A stretch of DNA of 63,367 bases, filler included, from Kipferlia bialata (Eukaryota), in the NCBI GenBank assembly GCA_003568945.1. It is 6 parts of 6 records of this genome, joined end to end, with 100 filler letters (N's around TTAATTAATTAA, not from the genome) between each part and the next. Parts side by side here need not be neighbours in the genome. Positions count along the whole stretch, not along the records: positions 49,475 to 61,734 come from BDIP01001110.1; positions 61,835 to 63,367 come from BDIP01001227.1; 4 more parts are not named here. One strand, written 5' to 3'. A program made the position numbers and the translations under genes. Position 1 is the stretch's first letter; each line of letters begins with the position of its first letter. The notes beneath the pieces are model-generated. The model saw only the letters and a list, made by a program, of their open reading frames with translations. It ran no database searches and was not told where the DNA came from. Below are positions 53,363-63,367 of the stretch, piece after piece.

Positions 53363-55552
53363 CGCAGGTCACCAGATGTCCTGAGTATAAGCAACAAAAT
53401 ACACAAAACGAGTAAGGGTCTAGAGAGAGAGAGCTTGCCCACCTCATCTGCTGCCTCTCCTCCTCGGTGAACTCTGGCTCAATGTCATCGTCAGACAGCT
53501 GGTGTAAGAGGCAGCGTGTATATATAATAAAAGAATACAATATGCATTATTATATATAATGATCATAACCATCAGACAGCTCAATGTCACCGTCAGACAG
53601 CTGGTATAAGAGGCTTTGGACTTAGGAAGAGTACCGACAGTGGCCCTCTGTACAATACAGAGAGTGACTGAAGGGAGAACAGAATACAAGCACACACACA
53701 TATATATAGGTATATAGGTATATAGGTAATATACCTCGTGGACACGGCGCTTGGGCCTGGTACCGTCGATACCCTCTCCATCCGATCCAGCTGACTCATC
53801 GTCTGACTCTCTCTCTCTCTCTCTCTTGACTCCAACCTGGGGGTTCTCTCCATCTCCAACTAGAGCAGATGGGGACTGGGCAATGCTGACACTCACGCTG
53901 GAGCTGAGAGTCAGTATATGTATGGATAAATATATATAGAGACAGAGAGAGAGAGAGGGTGACTGGGCGATGTTGACACTAATGGAGAGTAGATAGAGAA
54001 TGACAAAGAGGGAGAGGCTATATTGGCTATATACATACATAAAGAGAGAGGGAGGGATACTATATACCTGCTGGCCTCCAGGGGTGTCAGTGTCTCAATA
54101 TCTCTCTCTCTCACAGGCACAACAGTGGGAGTGCTGATATAAGGGTGTAGAGGGAGAGAGAGTGCACACAACAAGCTTAGAAAGGGCGGAGAGATTGGTA
54201 TTTACATATATACTATATATAACACTATTATAGATAAATACATATACTTATAGATATAGATGCACATACCGAGTGGATCTTCTGACTGGTCTGTCTCTCA
54301 CTGTGCTCTTCTGAGACTTGGAGAGCTCTCTCTCCTGCTTGTAAGAATATAGAGTTCAGAAGGAAAGCGAAGAATAGCGAAGGAAGAGAAGGAGATTCAC
54401 TATTATATATACTTATGCGGACTACACTACCTTGGCCAGTGCGCGCCTCCTAGCAGCTGCTCTCTCTCTGTTCTCCTTCTTCTTGGGGTGAAATAGGGGT
54501 GTAGGGAGAGAGAGAGAGAGAGAGGTGAGGTGAAATAGGGGTGTAGGGGGAGAAAATGGATAGAATGGGGTGAATGAGAGAGCAAACACCGAGGGTACAG
54601 ATATATAACTGTACTACTAACATTCGCAAATTGGGAGAGGGAGAGTGAGTGTGGGAGAGAGAGGGATTACCTGCTCCGGGGTGGCTGAGGCGCCCTTGGC
54701 AGAGCTGGGTGTCTGGAGTGTGAGAGAGATATATACACAATGTATATACTATATGTCTCTATATATATATACTATATATACTACACATCTTGAGCTGGGT
54801 GGGAGTGCCGGAGGACAGGGCAGCCTGGGGGTGAGAGGGAGGCATATGAAACAATACATAACCAGAGAAAGAGAGAGAGGAAGAGAGTATACTTGTGCCA
54901 TGGAGGCTATATATTAATAAATTTAAAATATTATGTATATATCTATATCTGAATATGTATCTATGTATCTATCTATATATATACAGTACCTGTGCCTCTG
55001 TGGAGGGCGTGGGTGCCAGGGATAGGACTACATACTCAATACTCTGAATAATAGTATATAGTTATAGATATATAGTATACATTGTCTATATATATATAGT
55101 ACCTGTGCCTCTATGGAGGGCGTGGGTGCGAGTGGTGGGGCTGCCTCCTCGTTCTGAGACAGATACGGGGTGCCAGTGCGGCTGAAGGTTAGAAGATAAA
55201 AATGAACACAGACTAGGTATACTAACTATGTATGAATTCAACAATAATAATGCTTCAGTGCAGTATACATATCTGGTAGAGGTACGGGGTGCCAGTGCGG
55301 CTGGGGGTGAGATCATCGTATACTATACACACACATACATATACTGCCGTACTATTAGGAGACATACAGGAAGGGGGTGCCAGTGCGGATGTGGGTTAGA
55401 CAATACCTGTACAAATATATATATATAGAGAGAGATATACATGCCTGAACTTGGCCCTGGCCTCCTTGATCCACTTGACCACACTGGAGTAGGAGCCCCT
55501 GCCCAGCATCATCCTGCCACCCTTGAGGCAGTAGTGGCTGGAATAAGGGGCT

Positions 55553-55584
<32 letters not shown>

Positions 55585-55903
55585 GACAAAAACTTGTCAT
55601 CATCCTGCCGCCCTTGAGACAGTAGTGGCTGATATAAGGGGGTAGAGGGAGAGAGACACACATATACACACGCCCTTGAGGCAGTAGTGGCTGAAATAAG
55701 GGGGTAGTAGGGGAGAGAAAGAGAGAGAGAGAAGGAGATATCTGGGGTAAGAGTCACACACTGAGGAAATGAGAGAAAAGGGGTTAGGGGGAGAGAGAAT
55801 TAGACTCACCGCCCCCCTCCAGTCAGCTGCAGCATGAACTGCCTCGACCTCTCATGCTTGGTGGCAAAGTCCAATATATAGTACATATATAGCCCATATT
55901 ATA

Positions 55904-55936
<33 letters not shown>

Positions 55937-56730
55937 GATATATACTCACCGACCACCCCCTGTCAGCTGCAGCATGAACTGCCTTGACCTCTCATGCTTG
56001 GTGGCAAAGTNNNNNNNNNNNNNNNNNNNNNNNNNNNNNNNNNNNNNNNNNNNNNNNNNNNNNNNNNNNNNNNNNNNNNNNNNNNNNNNNNNNNNNNNNN
56101 NNNNNNNNNNNNNNNNNNNNNNNNNNNNNNNNNNNNCTCCAGTCAACTGTAGCATGAACTGCCTTGACCTCTCATGCTTGGTGGCAAAGTCAAATATAAT
56201 ATACATATATATATATAATATATATATATATGATAATATATATACAGAGTATTAATATACATATACATACCGCCCCCCCCCGGTCAGTTGGAGCATGAAC
56301 TGCCTTGACCTCTCATGCTTGGTGGCAAAATCCCATATAGTACAGGTATATATATAACCTACTTCTTTCAATAGAAATTATATTTACATTATACTAATAG
56401 TATATATACTATATTTATAGCATATAAACGTACCGTCCCCCTCCTGTCAGTTGGAGCATGAACTGCCTCGACCTCTCATGCTTGGTGGCAAAGTCCTTGA
56501 TCTCGGCAATGGTCTCGGCCTCCTCCAGAAGCCTAGAGAGTAAGTAGAATACAGGTATATACACTATTGATATACTATGAATATGACTATATGTTGGCTA
56601 TGGCCTCCTCTAGGAGCCCAGAGAGTAAAATGAATATACATATATCAGGAGAGTTACCATACGACATATATACCTGCCCCTCTCGAGGTGTGTCCCCTGT
56701 CTGTGGCACTCCTATCATTCATATATATAT

Positions 56731-56761
<31 letters not shown>

Positions 56762-59700
56762 CATATATCCTATATACTTCCTATATACAATTTCTTCTAT
56801 GTATGTATATATTTATGCTTACATACCTGCCCCTCTCGAGGTGTGTTCCCTGTCTGTGGCACTCCTGTCTGCAGCAGTGGTCGTTGTAGATGGCAAGGAC
56901 CTGGGTGTTAGGGGTGTAGGGGGAGAGAGAGAGAGAGAAAGAGAGAGTTTGGGGTGTAGATGGCAAGGACCTGGACAAAAGACTAATATTGTGTGATAGT
57001 ATATATACCTTCTTAGCCGTCTTCTCAGATAGCTGGTCCAGGCCAATATATCCACATTATATATATATCATAATATACTATATATCATAATATACTATAT
57101 ATGTTATATATGATATACTATACTGTCATTATGAATTCTATACCTTCTTAGCTGTCTTCTCAGATAGCTGGTCCAGGCCGGTCTCCCTGTGACTGTGGGT
57201 GTATAGGGGTGTAGAGGGGACAGCGGGCTCGGATACTGCCTCAGGAGCTGCCTCTCTCTCTCTCTCTTGTGCAGGAGCCTCTGCCTTGGGGGTGATGGGC
57301 ATGGGCTGTGTCTCCTTCTCCTTCTCTCTCTCTGTATCTCTCTCAGTCTCCTTCTCTGTCTCAACTACTGTGGCCACTGCTGACTCAAACTTGGCCACGC
57401 TGACTGTCTCTCTCTCTCTCTCTGTCTCCTTCTTCTCGGTAGACCTGACCTCATTCTCTGCCTCAACAGCAGCAGCAGCAGTCTCAGTCTCAGTACCTGA
57501 TACAACAGCAGAAGGAGCAAGGGCGGGAGTCTCAGCCTCTCTCACATTCTCTACAATGGGCTGGACCTCAACCAGGGTGGAAGCGGTGGAGACAGAGAGA
57601 GAAGCGGTGGAGACAGAGAGAGTGTCCACCTTGACAAGGGACTCTCCCTCTCTCTCTCCCTCTCTCTCGGTAACGGGTGCAGGCACAGGCTCAGCAACAA
57701 CCTCTGCCTCTGCCTCTACTGTAGGCTGCATCACGGTATCTGCAGGAGACTTGGACGCAAGAGCCTCCTCTGTACCTGCCTCTCTCTCCCTCTCTGTAAC
57801 CATCCCGACATCACCTCTCTGCCTAGCCCTTGAACGACGTGCCGCCTCACAACCCGCCTCAATTGCACGCACAATATCCCTCACACGGTCCTCGGGGTAC
57901 CCTGTAGCCTCAGCGATACTGGTTACGGGCATCATTAGGCTGTCAGTGGCCTGATCAAAACACCACTCCCTCACGAAGCGACGCACCCCGGCGTCGGCAA
58001 TGGCAGCATCATGTGGCAGCGAGAGCCTAGCAGCAGCCGCCTCCATGTCCTCTCCCTCGTGAAGGGAGCCAGGAGCACCACGGATAACATCAGGCTTGGT
58101 GTCACTAACGACTGCCTCAGGGGCCTCTGCCTCGACTGCAACATGGCTAAGGGTAGTAGAGGCGGCAGCGACTGGATCTGCCGCAGTGACAGGCTGGAGA
58201 GGGGTGGCGATGGGGACCTAGTATAAGAGAGTATAGGAGAGAGAGAGAGGTACATATATAGGGCACATTATGGGGTAGAGAGAGAGGTCTGTGATGGTAC
58301 CCGATATAACAATAGTATTAGTACAGGGAAAGATTGTGAGACGTCAGCTGGCATGGGGTCAGTGGAGAGAGTCTGTGTATAGGTAAGCATATATACAAAA
58401 ATTGTATAAATATATATATATATATACATACATACCTGTGGCGGTGTGGGTGCAGGCGGGATGGACTCAATGGAGAGAGATAGAGTGTGTGTGTGTACAT
58501 ATATATATATATGTATATATATATATACGTATATATATTCATATAAACACATATATATGTACCTGTGGTGGTGTGGGTGCCGGTGGGATGGAGTCGAAGA
58601 GGGGGGACACCAGGTGGGCAGGGGGGGCTACAGTGCCTACTGTGCCTAGAGACCCGAGTACAGGCACTGTCGCAAGGGTCTCAATAGAGGGAACAGCAGG
58701 GACTGCAAGGGGGAAGGTGGAGCTAGCAGCCTCAGTAGGAACTGGCTTCTCAGCCATAACCACATCATCCTCTCTCTCTCTCTCTGCCTTTGGCTCTGTC
58801 TCTATCTCTCTCTCCTCTGGAGAAGAAACGGATACCATAGGAGCAGGGATAGTGGCAGGAAGAGTGATAGGGACCACAGTAGGAGCCTGCTTCTCCGTCT
58901 CTGCAATGCCTCCAGTCACTGTAGATACAGGGACAGAGACGTCCTCCTGCACTGCTGGTGTTGGTGCTACATCAGGCACGGCAGCGGTAGACACTACTGG
59001 TACGGAGATCATAGTGGCAGTGGCAGTGAGGGCAGGGCTCTCAGGCTTGGCCTCTACTGTAGTCTCCCTATCTCCCTCGACATCGGTCGGGGGAGTGGGG
59101 GAGGTGGAAGGGGGGGAGAGTGGGGCCTGCTGAGCAGGGGCGGGCACACTAGCCTCTGCCTCTGTCTCTGCCTCTGCCTCTACTTCAACAGCAGGAGAGG
59201 CAGTGGTTAGGCTGCCGACAGATGGGGCTGCAGCACTGTCAGCGACAGGGACGGGAACTGCAGAGGCGGTGGAAGATGAAGAGGGAGAGGCGGGCTCGAG
59301 AGCCTCCATGGGCTGGTCACCCGCTGTCTCTCTCTCTCTCTCCTTGTCCTCATTGCCAATGGCCTAGAGTCAGATAGAATATGAGAAGCATATATATATA
59401 CATACCATACATTAAGCGACCACTAACTAGTACAATGACCTGTCCAATCACAGAAGAATGCACACTCATACCTTGACCTGCTCCCCAGCCTCAGGCTCTG
59501 TCCCCTTCTGCTGCAGGCTCTCCAGCCTCTTCTGCTCCTGTAGCACTCTCTCAGAGTGTGCCACTAAAGCCTGGTAGGCCTCTGATACACTGTCATCCAC
59601 AGTCAAACCCTCATCCAGAGGGATACCACCTGTCCTGGGCTCAATGGGGGTAGGTGCTATGACTCCGGCACTGAGAGAGACGCTTGCGATGTCAATAGTG

Positions 59701-61259
59701 CTGTCCAGGGTACTGGGGGTGGAACCAGTCACGGTGCTAGGTGTCATCTCGATATCACCACTGGAGGCCATCTCTCTCTCCCTCTCTCTCTCCCTCTCCC
59801 GCTCCCTCTTGAGAGAGAGAGTGGTGGCACCGGGTGTGATGACGCCCTCTCCTAGTATCAGTATATGTATCAGTACAACCCTAGCTCTAGAGTGGCAGAT
59901 AGAGAGGGGTATCAGTATCAGTACTATCCTAGATATATATATAGAGAGACACCACCTAGCTCTATGGGGGCAGACAGGGACGGGTACCAATTTCAGTATC
60001 AGTATATATAAATATTTATATATGTGTATGGTCATCATCAGTATCAGAACTCACCTAGCTCTATGGGTGCAGAGAGAGACGGGTGCAGGGGGAAGCCCAT
60101 GGAGAGCTCACTGGTGGACAGGGGGAGAGGCTCAGCAGCCTGCTCTAGTAGCTTGAGGCGCCTGGCAGCACTGTCCTGGGGGTCAGACTCTCTCTCTCTC
60201 TCATCTACATAATACACACGCTATCTCTCTTAGACTATATATATATGTATATACTACCAATATACCTTCAGCCCCTGTCTTAATGCCGCATACTCCTTCT
60301 GCTTGTCATCCACATGGCTCCTCAGAGGGTGGCCAGAGTGCGGGCCAAGGAGCTCACTGAAGGTCAGAAGAACATATAATAGTTGACGAAAATACTGTTA
60401 ACAGGGGTTAATGGGGAGAAATTACACATGGGTACCTTGGAGTGAGGTAGTGCCCGAACGCTGGGGTGTATGGCGCAGATCCATTGCTGGGGCCAGCTCC
60501 TAGCTCCTGTGACCCAGTTGTCCCTGGTACATGGGGGACAGGAGCAGGGGACTGAGGGGGCTCATCTGTAGATGGTGCAGCACTCTCTCCCACCTCTCCA
60601 CTCTCTGCAGGGGTAGCGGGACCCATCTTGGCATCCAGTCTCTCTCTCAAGGCCTTGCGCCTGCTGAGGAGCTTCCTCTTGTGCCTGTTGTCAGTATTCT
60701 ACGCGATACTATGCTAGCTACACGGACCATAACCCACCTATTCTTGGCCTCCCTCTCCTCTGGTGTGTAGGGCAGTGTCTCGAGGAAGGCGTCGTCAATG
60801 AGGAGGTCTGAGAGGCGCTGATGTAAGAGGGAGTCAGAGAGCGAGAGAAATACCCAGACACAAACATAGAGAGAGAGAACGGGGAAGAGAGAGTACCTCA
60901 GTGTGGTCGTCGACTGAGATGTCGGCCCACTCCTGAGACAGGGGCAGGTCGGGGTCTGCTGTGATGACGACAGGCACCTTCCTCCTAGAGGCAAAGCTAG
61001 GGCCAGAGGACATAGAGGGTGTAGTGGGGGTAGAGACGTCCTCCATCATCTCCTCCTCCTCTCTCTCCCTCTCTCTCTCTAGGTCACTGTCAAAGTCCGA
61101 GAGGTCGAGGTCATCGTAGAGAGACATGCTCCTGTCTCTGTCTCTCCTCCTGCCCCTCTCTCTCTCCTTCAGAGTGTCTGTGCTAGAGGCCAGAAGGGCT
61201 GAAGTGGCCTTGGACACATGTGTTGACATGGCCTAATATTAGTGTATATGCATATATAC

Positions 61260-61291
<32 letters not shown>

Positions 61292-61674
61292 ATATATATA
61301 TCAGAAGGGCAGAGGTGGCCTTGGACACATGTCTTGACATGGCCTACTAATCAGTGTATAAAGAGAGATATGCATATATACACACATATATATATGTACA
61401 TATATATATATATATATACTGATAGCAGAGCAGAGGTGGCCTTGGAGACGTGCTGGGACATGGCCTGCTAATAAGAATATAGAGAGAGATACGCATATAT
61501 ATTCATATACATCTTCACGTATACACTGATACCTCACTGTCTGCGTAGTGTATGAAGAGAAAGAATAATTACTTGGTTGTCACTAAATGTATATATGTTT
61601 AGGCATATACATCTATATACCTCACTGTCTGCGGCCACCTCTGGGCTGTCCAGCCACTCACTCAGAGCAGGGAC
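52283..61674 (-). CDS. Very large hypothetical multi-exon protein rich in Ala/Pro/Thr/Glu low complexity, 5'-truncated (could be more than one gene)
   Basis: Long open exons (57143-58217, 58563-59363, 59471-59851, 60436-60817, 60897-61224) and many short in-frame GT-AG exons, ending in a basic TPR-repeat-motif (Thr-Pro-Arg) tail at 52283. Confidence 0.6.
52577..52634. repeat. 22-bp tandem repeat (about 2.6 units) in an intron
   Basis: atcaatgtattgatgatagtca is repeated in tandem. Confidence 0.85.
55806..56497 (-). repeat. Five dispersed copies (one real, four echoes) of a ~62-bp exon end plus splice donor
   Basis: Copies at about 55806, 55945, 56137 (donor end lost in the N gap), 56268 and 56431 all encode FATKHERSRQFMLQLTG(GGR), separated by TA-rich DNA. 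Confidence 0.9.
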
Positions 61675-61680
61675 CTGGTG

Positions 61681-61734
<54 letters not shown>

Positions 61735-61834
61735 NNNNNNNNNNNNNNNNNNNNNNNNNNNNNNNNNNNNNNNNNNNNTTAATTAATTAANNNNNNNNNN
61801 NNNNNNNNNNNNNNNNNNNNNNNNNNNNNNNNNN
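61735..61834. other. Artificial scaffold linker
   Basis: N44-TTAATTAATTAA-N44. Confidence 0.97.
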
Positions 61835-61959
61835 CCCCCACCCTCCCCCCCCCCCCCCCCCCCCCCCCCCACCCTAGTATATACTGGTCAATTATTGATT
61901 ATTGCTATATATCATATATACATTCATTGCTCCTCCGTAGACTTATGCACTTATCATAG

Positions 61960-62267
61960 GCGTAGACGTGGCGGCAGGGGTGACCCTCTGTCCAACCTGA
62001 TTGCCGGCATTGCAATGGTGAGTATGTCTCTCTCTCTCTCTCTCTCTCTGAGACGGCGAGTGAGTGTGCCTCTACTTCTCTCTCTCTCACACCTAAATAG
62101 TGTTTTCATTCATTCTCATATAGTTGTCATATTGTACCACTAGTCTCTCTCTCTCTGTCTCTCATATCCAGGTCATTGTCATGTTGTACTACATGTTTGG
62201 CTCCATCATCGCTGGCATATACCAGAGCCTCGTCGATGGTGAGTTATATATGTATACATATACATAG

Positions 62268-62305
<38 letters not shown>

Positions 62306-63206
62306 CTGTCTATCGGCATTTAACAGATCCTCGTGGATGGTGAGTTCTCTCTCTCTCTATGAATACTTGAATATATATAATTCTCACCTGTACGCCAAAA
62401 CAGTTACATATAGATCTGTTGTGTGTCAGTGTCTATATGTATATCTAATACCAGCCGGCCTAGGTTGGGTTGTCCCAGTTGGCGTTGTCATCATCCTGGC
62501 AGGCATTGCGGTAGCTGGATACTATCTGGTGCGTCATGTATTTATATATATACTATATACACAAATTTAAGAATACGTTTATACACATGTGTAAATATTG
62601 GCAGTTGTGGTCATTCTGGCTGGCATAGCTGCAGCGGGGTTCTATCTGGTACGGATGCCTACATACACAAGCTGTTATATCTATTTTCTTCAGTAGTAGT
62701 ATATTCACTCTCTCACCCCAGTACAAGAACCACCAGCGCAAGAAGGCCCAGCAGCAGGCAGCAGGTATATATATACATATATACTATATCATATGAATGT
62801 TGAAGTATACTTCCTTGTACATACATATATATATATAAATATCACGGTATATACCAGTGTAAGAAGACACAGCAGCAGGCTGTCGGTAGGCTTCTATTTT
62901 TGCTGTATATACATATGTATATACCTATGCCCCCTCATTCAGGTGTGTGTACTCTCTCTCTATGCTTTTGTCTATCCTGCAGCCTCTGACCCAGGTCTGT
63001 CTACTCTTCACATATCTATACCGATATATTGTACATCGGATTTCTTTTGATTCCCAGGTCTGTCTGCCGTGTCCGCTACATCCCTCTTTCTCCCTCTCTC
63101 TCTCTATGTATATATACTGATATGTGTATATACCTCTCACCCAGGCCTCTCTGCCGTGTCCACAGCTGGTGTGGCACCCATGACTGCACCGGTCCATCCC
63201 ACTCAG
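61960..63206 (+). CDS. Internal exons of a hypothetical membrane protein
   Basis: RRRGGRGDPLSNLIAGIAM|VIVMLYYMFGSIIAGIYQSLVD|GLGWVVPVGVVIILAGIAVAGYYL|YKNHQRKKAQQQAA contains two TM helices with a positive-inside tail. Confidence 0.6.
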
Positions 63207-63367
63207 GTATATATGGGTATATATATATGTATACAATATATATATATAGAGAGAGAGAGAGATAGAGGGAGTAGAAGGTGTGGCACCCATGACTGCACCA
63301 GTCCATCCCACACAGGTATATATATATATACTGATATATATATATTCATACATATATATACATGCAT

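Noticed and set aside
55806..56497. CRISPR-like repeat-spacer interpretation of the dispersed repeats
   Set aside because: The repeats are exon fragments with splice donors, the spacers are variable TA microsatellite, there are no cas genes and the context is eukaryotic.
12279..61834. TTAATTAATTAA palindrome recurring about every 12.36 kb
   Set aside because: It is always flanked by exactly 44 N on each side, marking an artificial six-frame-stop linker. The periodicity reflects size-sorted scaffolds, and gene neighbourhoods across linkers mean nothing.
100..63320. Echoes as target-site duplications of introner or MITE elements
   Set aside because: No terminal inverted repeats or shared inserted sequence is visible between copies, and the duplications are long, variable in length and codon-biased.
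380..63353. Many ORF-track entries rich in YIYI, LSLS, ERER or CVCV
   Set aside because: They are translations of intronic microsatellites or antisense shadows of real exons, e.g. 763..1677, 23861..24622, 57199..57954 and 58402..59133.
1..63367. tRNA, rRNA or snRNA genes and transposase or reverse-transcriptase ORFs
   Set aside because: None was recognisable by eye. A covariance-model or HMM search would be needed to exclude divergent ones.

Overview
Eukaryotic, intron-rich DNA saturated with (TA)n/(GA)n/(CT)n microsatellites. Its style (microsatellite introns, branch point fused to the 3' splice site, ER-repeat proteins) resembles the free-living fornicate Kipferlia bialata; this attribution is inference, not verified. 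The window is six unrelated scaffolds (the four complete ones are 12.26-12.27 kb) joined by artificial N44-TTAATTAATTAA-N44 linkers, so there is no synteny across linkers. Hand-splicing gives about 21 genes or fragments. Recognisable ones: XPG/FEN1-family nuclease, bacterial-type EFR1-like flavodoxin-ferredoxin, prefoldin 4, TMEM120, TMEM62-like metallophosphoesterase, AGC kinase, GPCR-like membrane protein, STPG/SHIPPO-repeat protein, Not4-like RRM-CCCH protein, ERICH3-like protein, two-domain saposin-like protein, SAM methyltransferase and an EF-hand protein. The strongest unexplained signal is that dozens of introns carry 'echo' copies (about 20-65 bp, up to four per site) of the adjacent exon edge plus its splice site. 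The echoes cannot form complete exons, yet they differ from the real exon mainly by synonymous and conservative substitutions, as if under protein-level selection. Exon boundaries were read by eye and are approximate.
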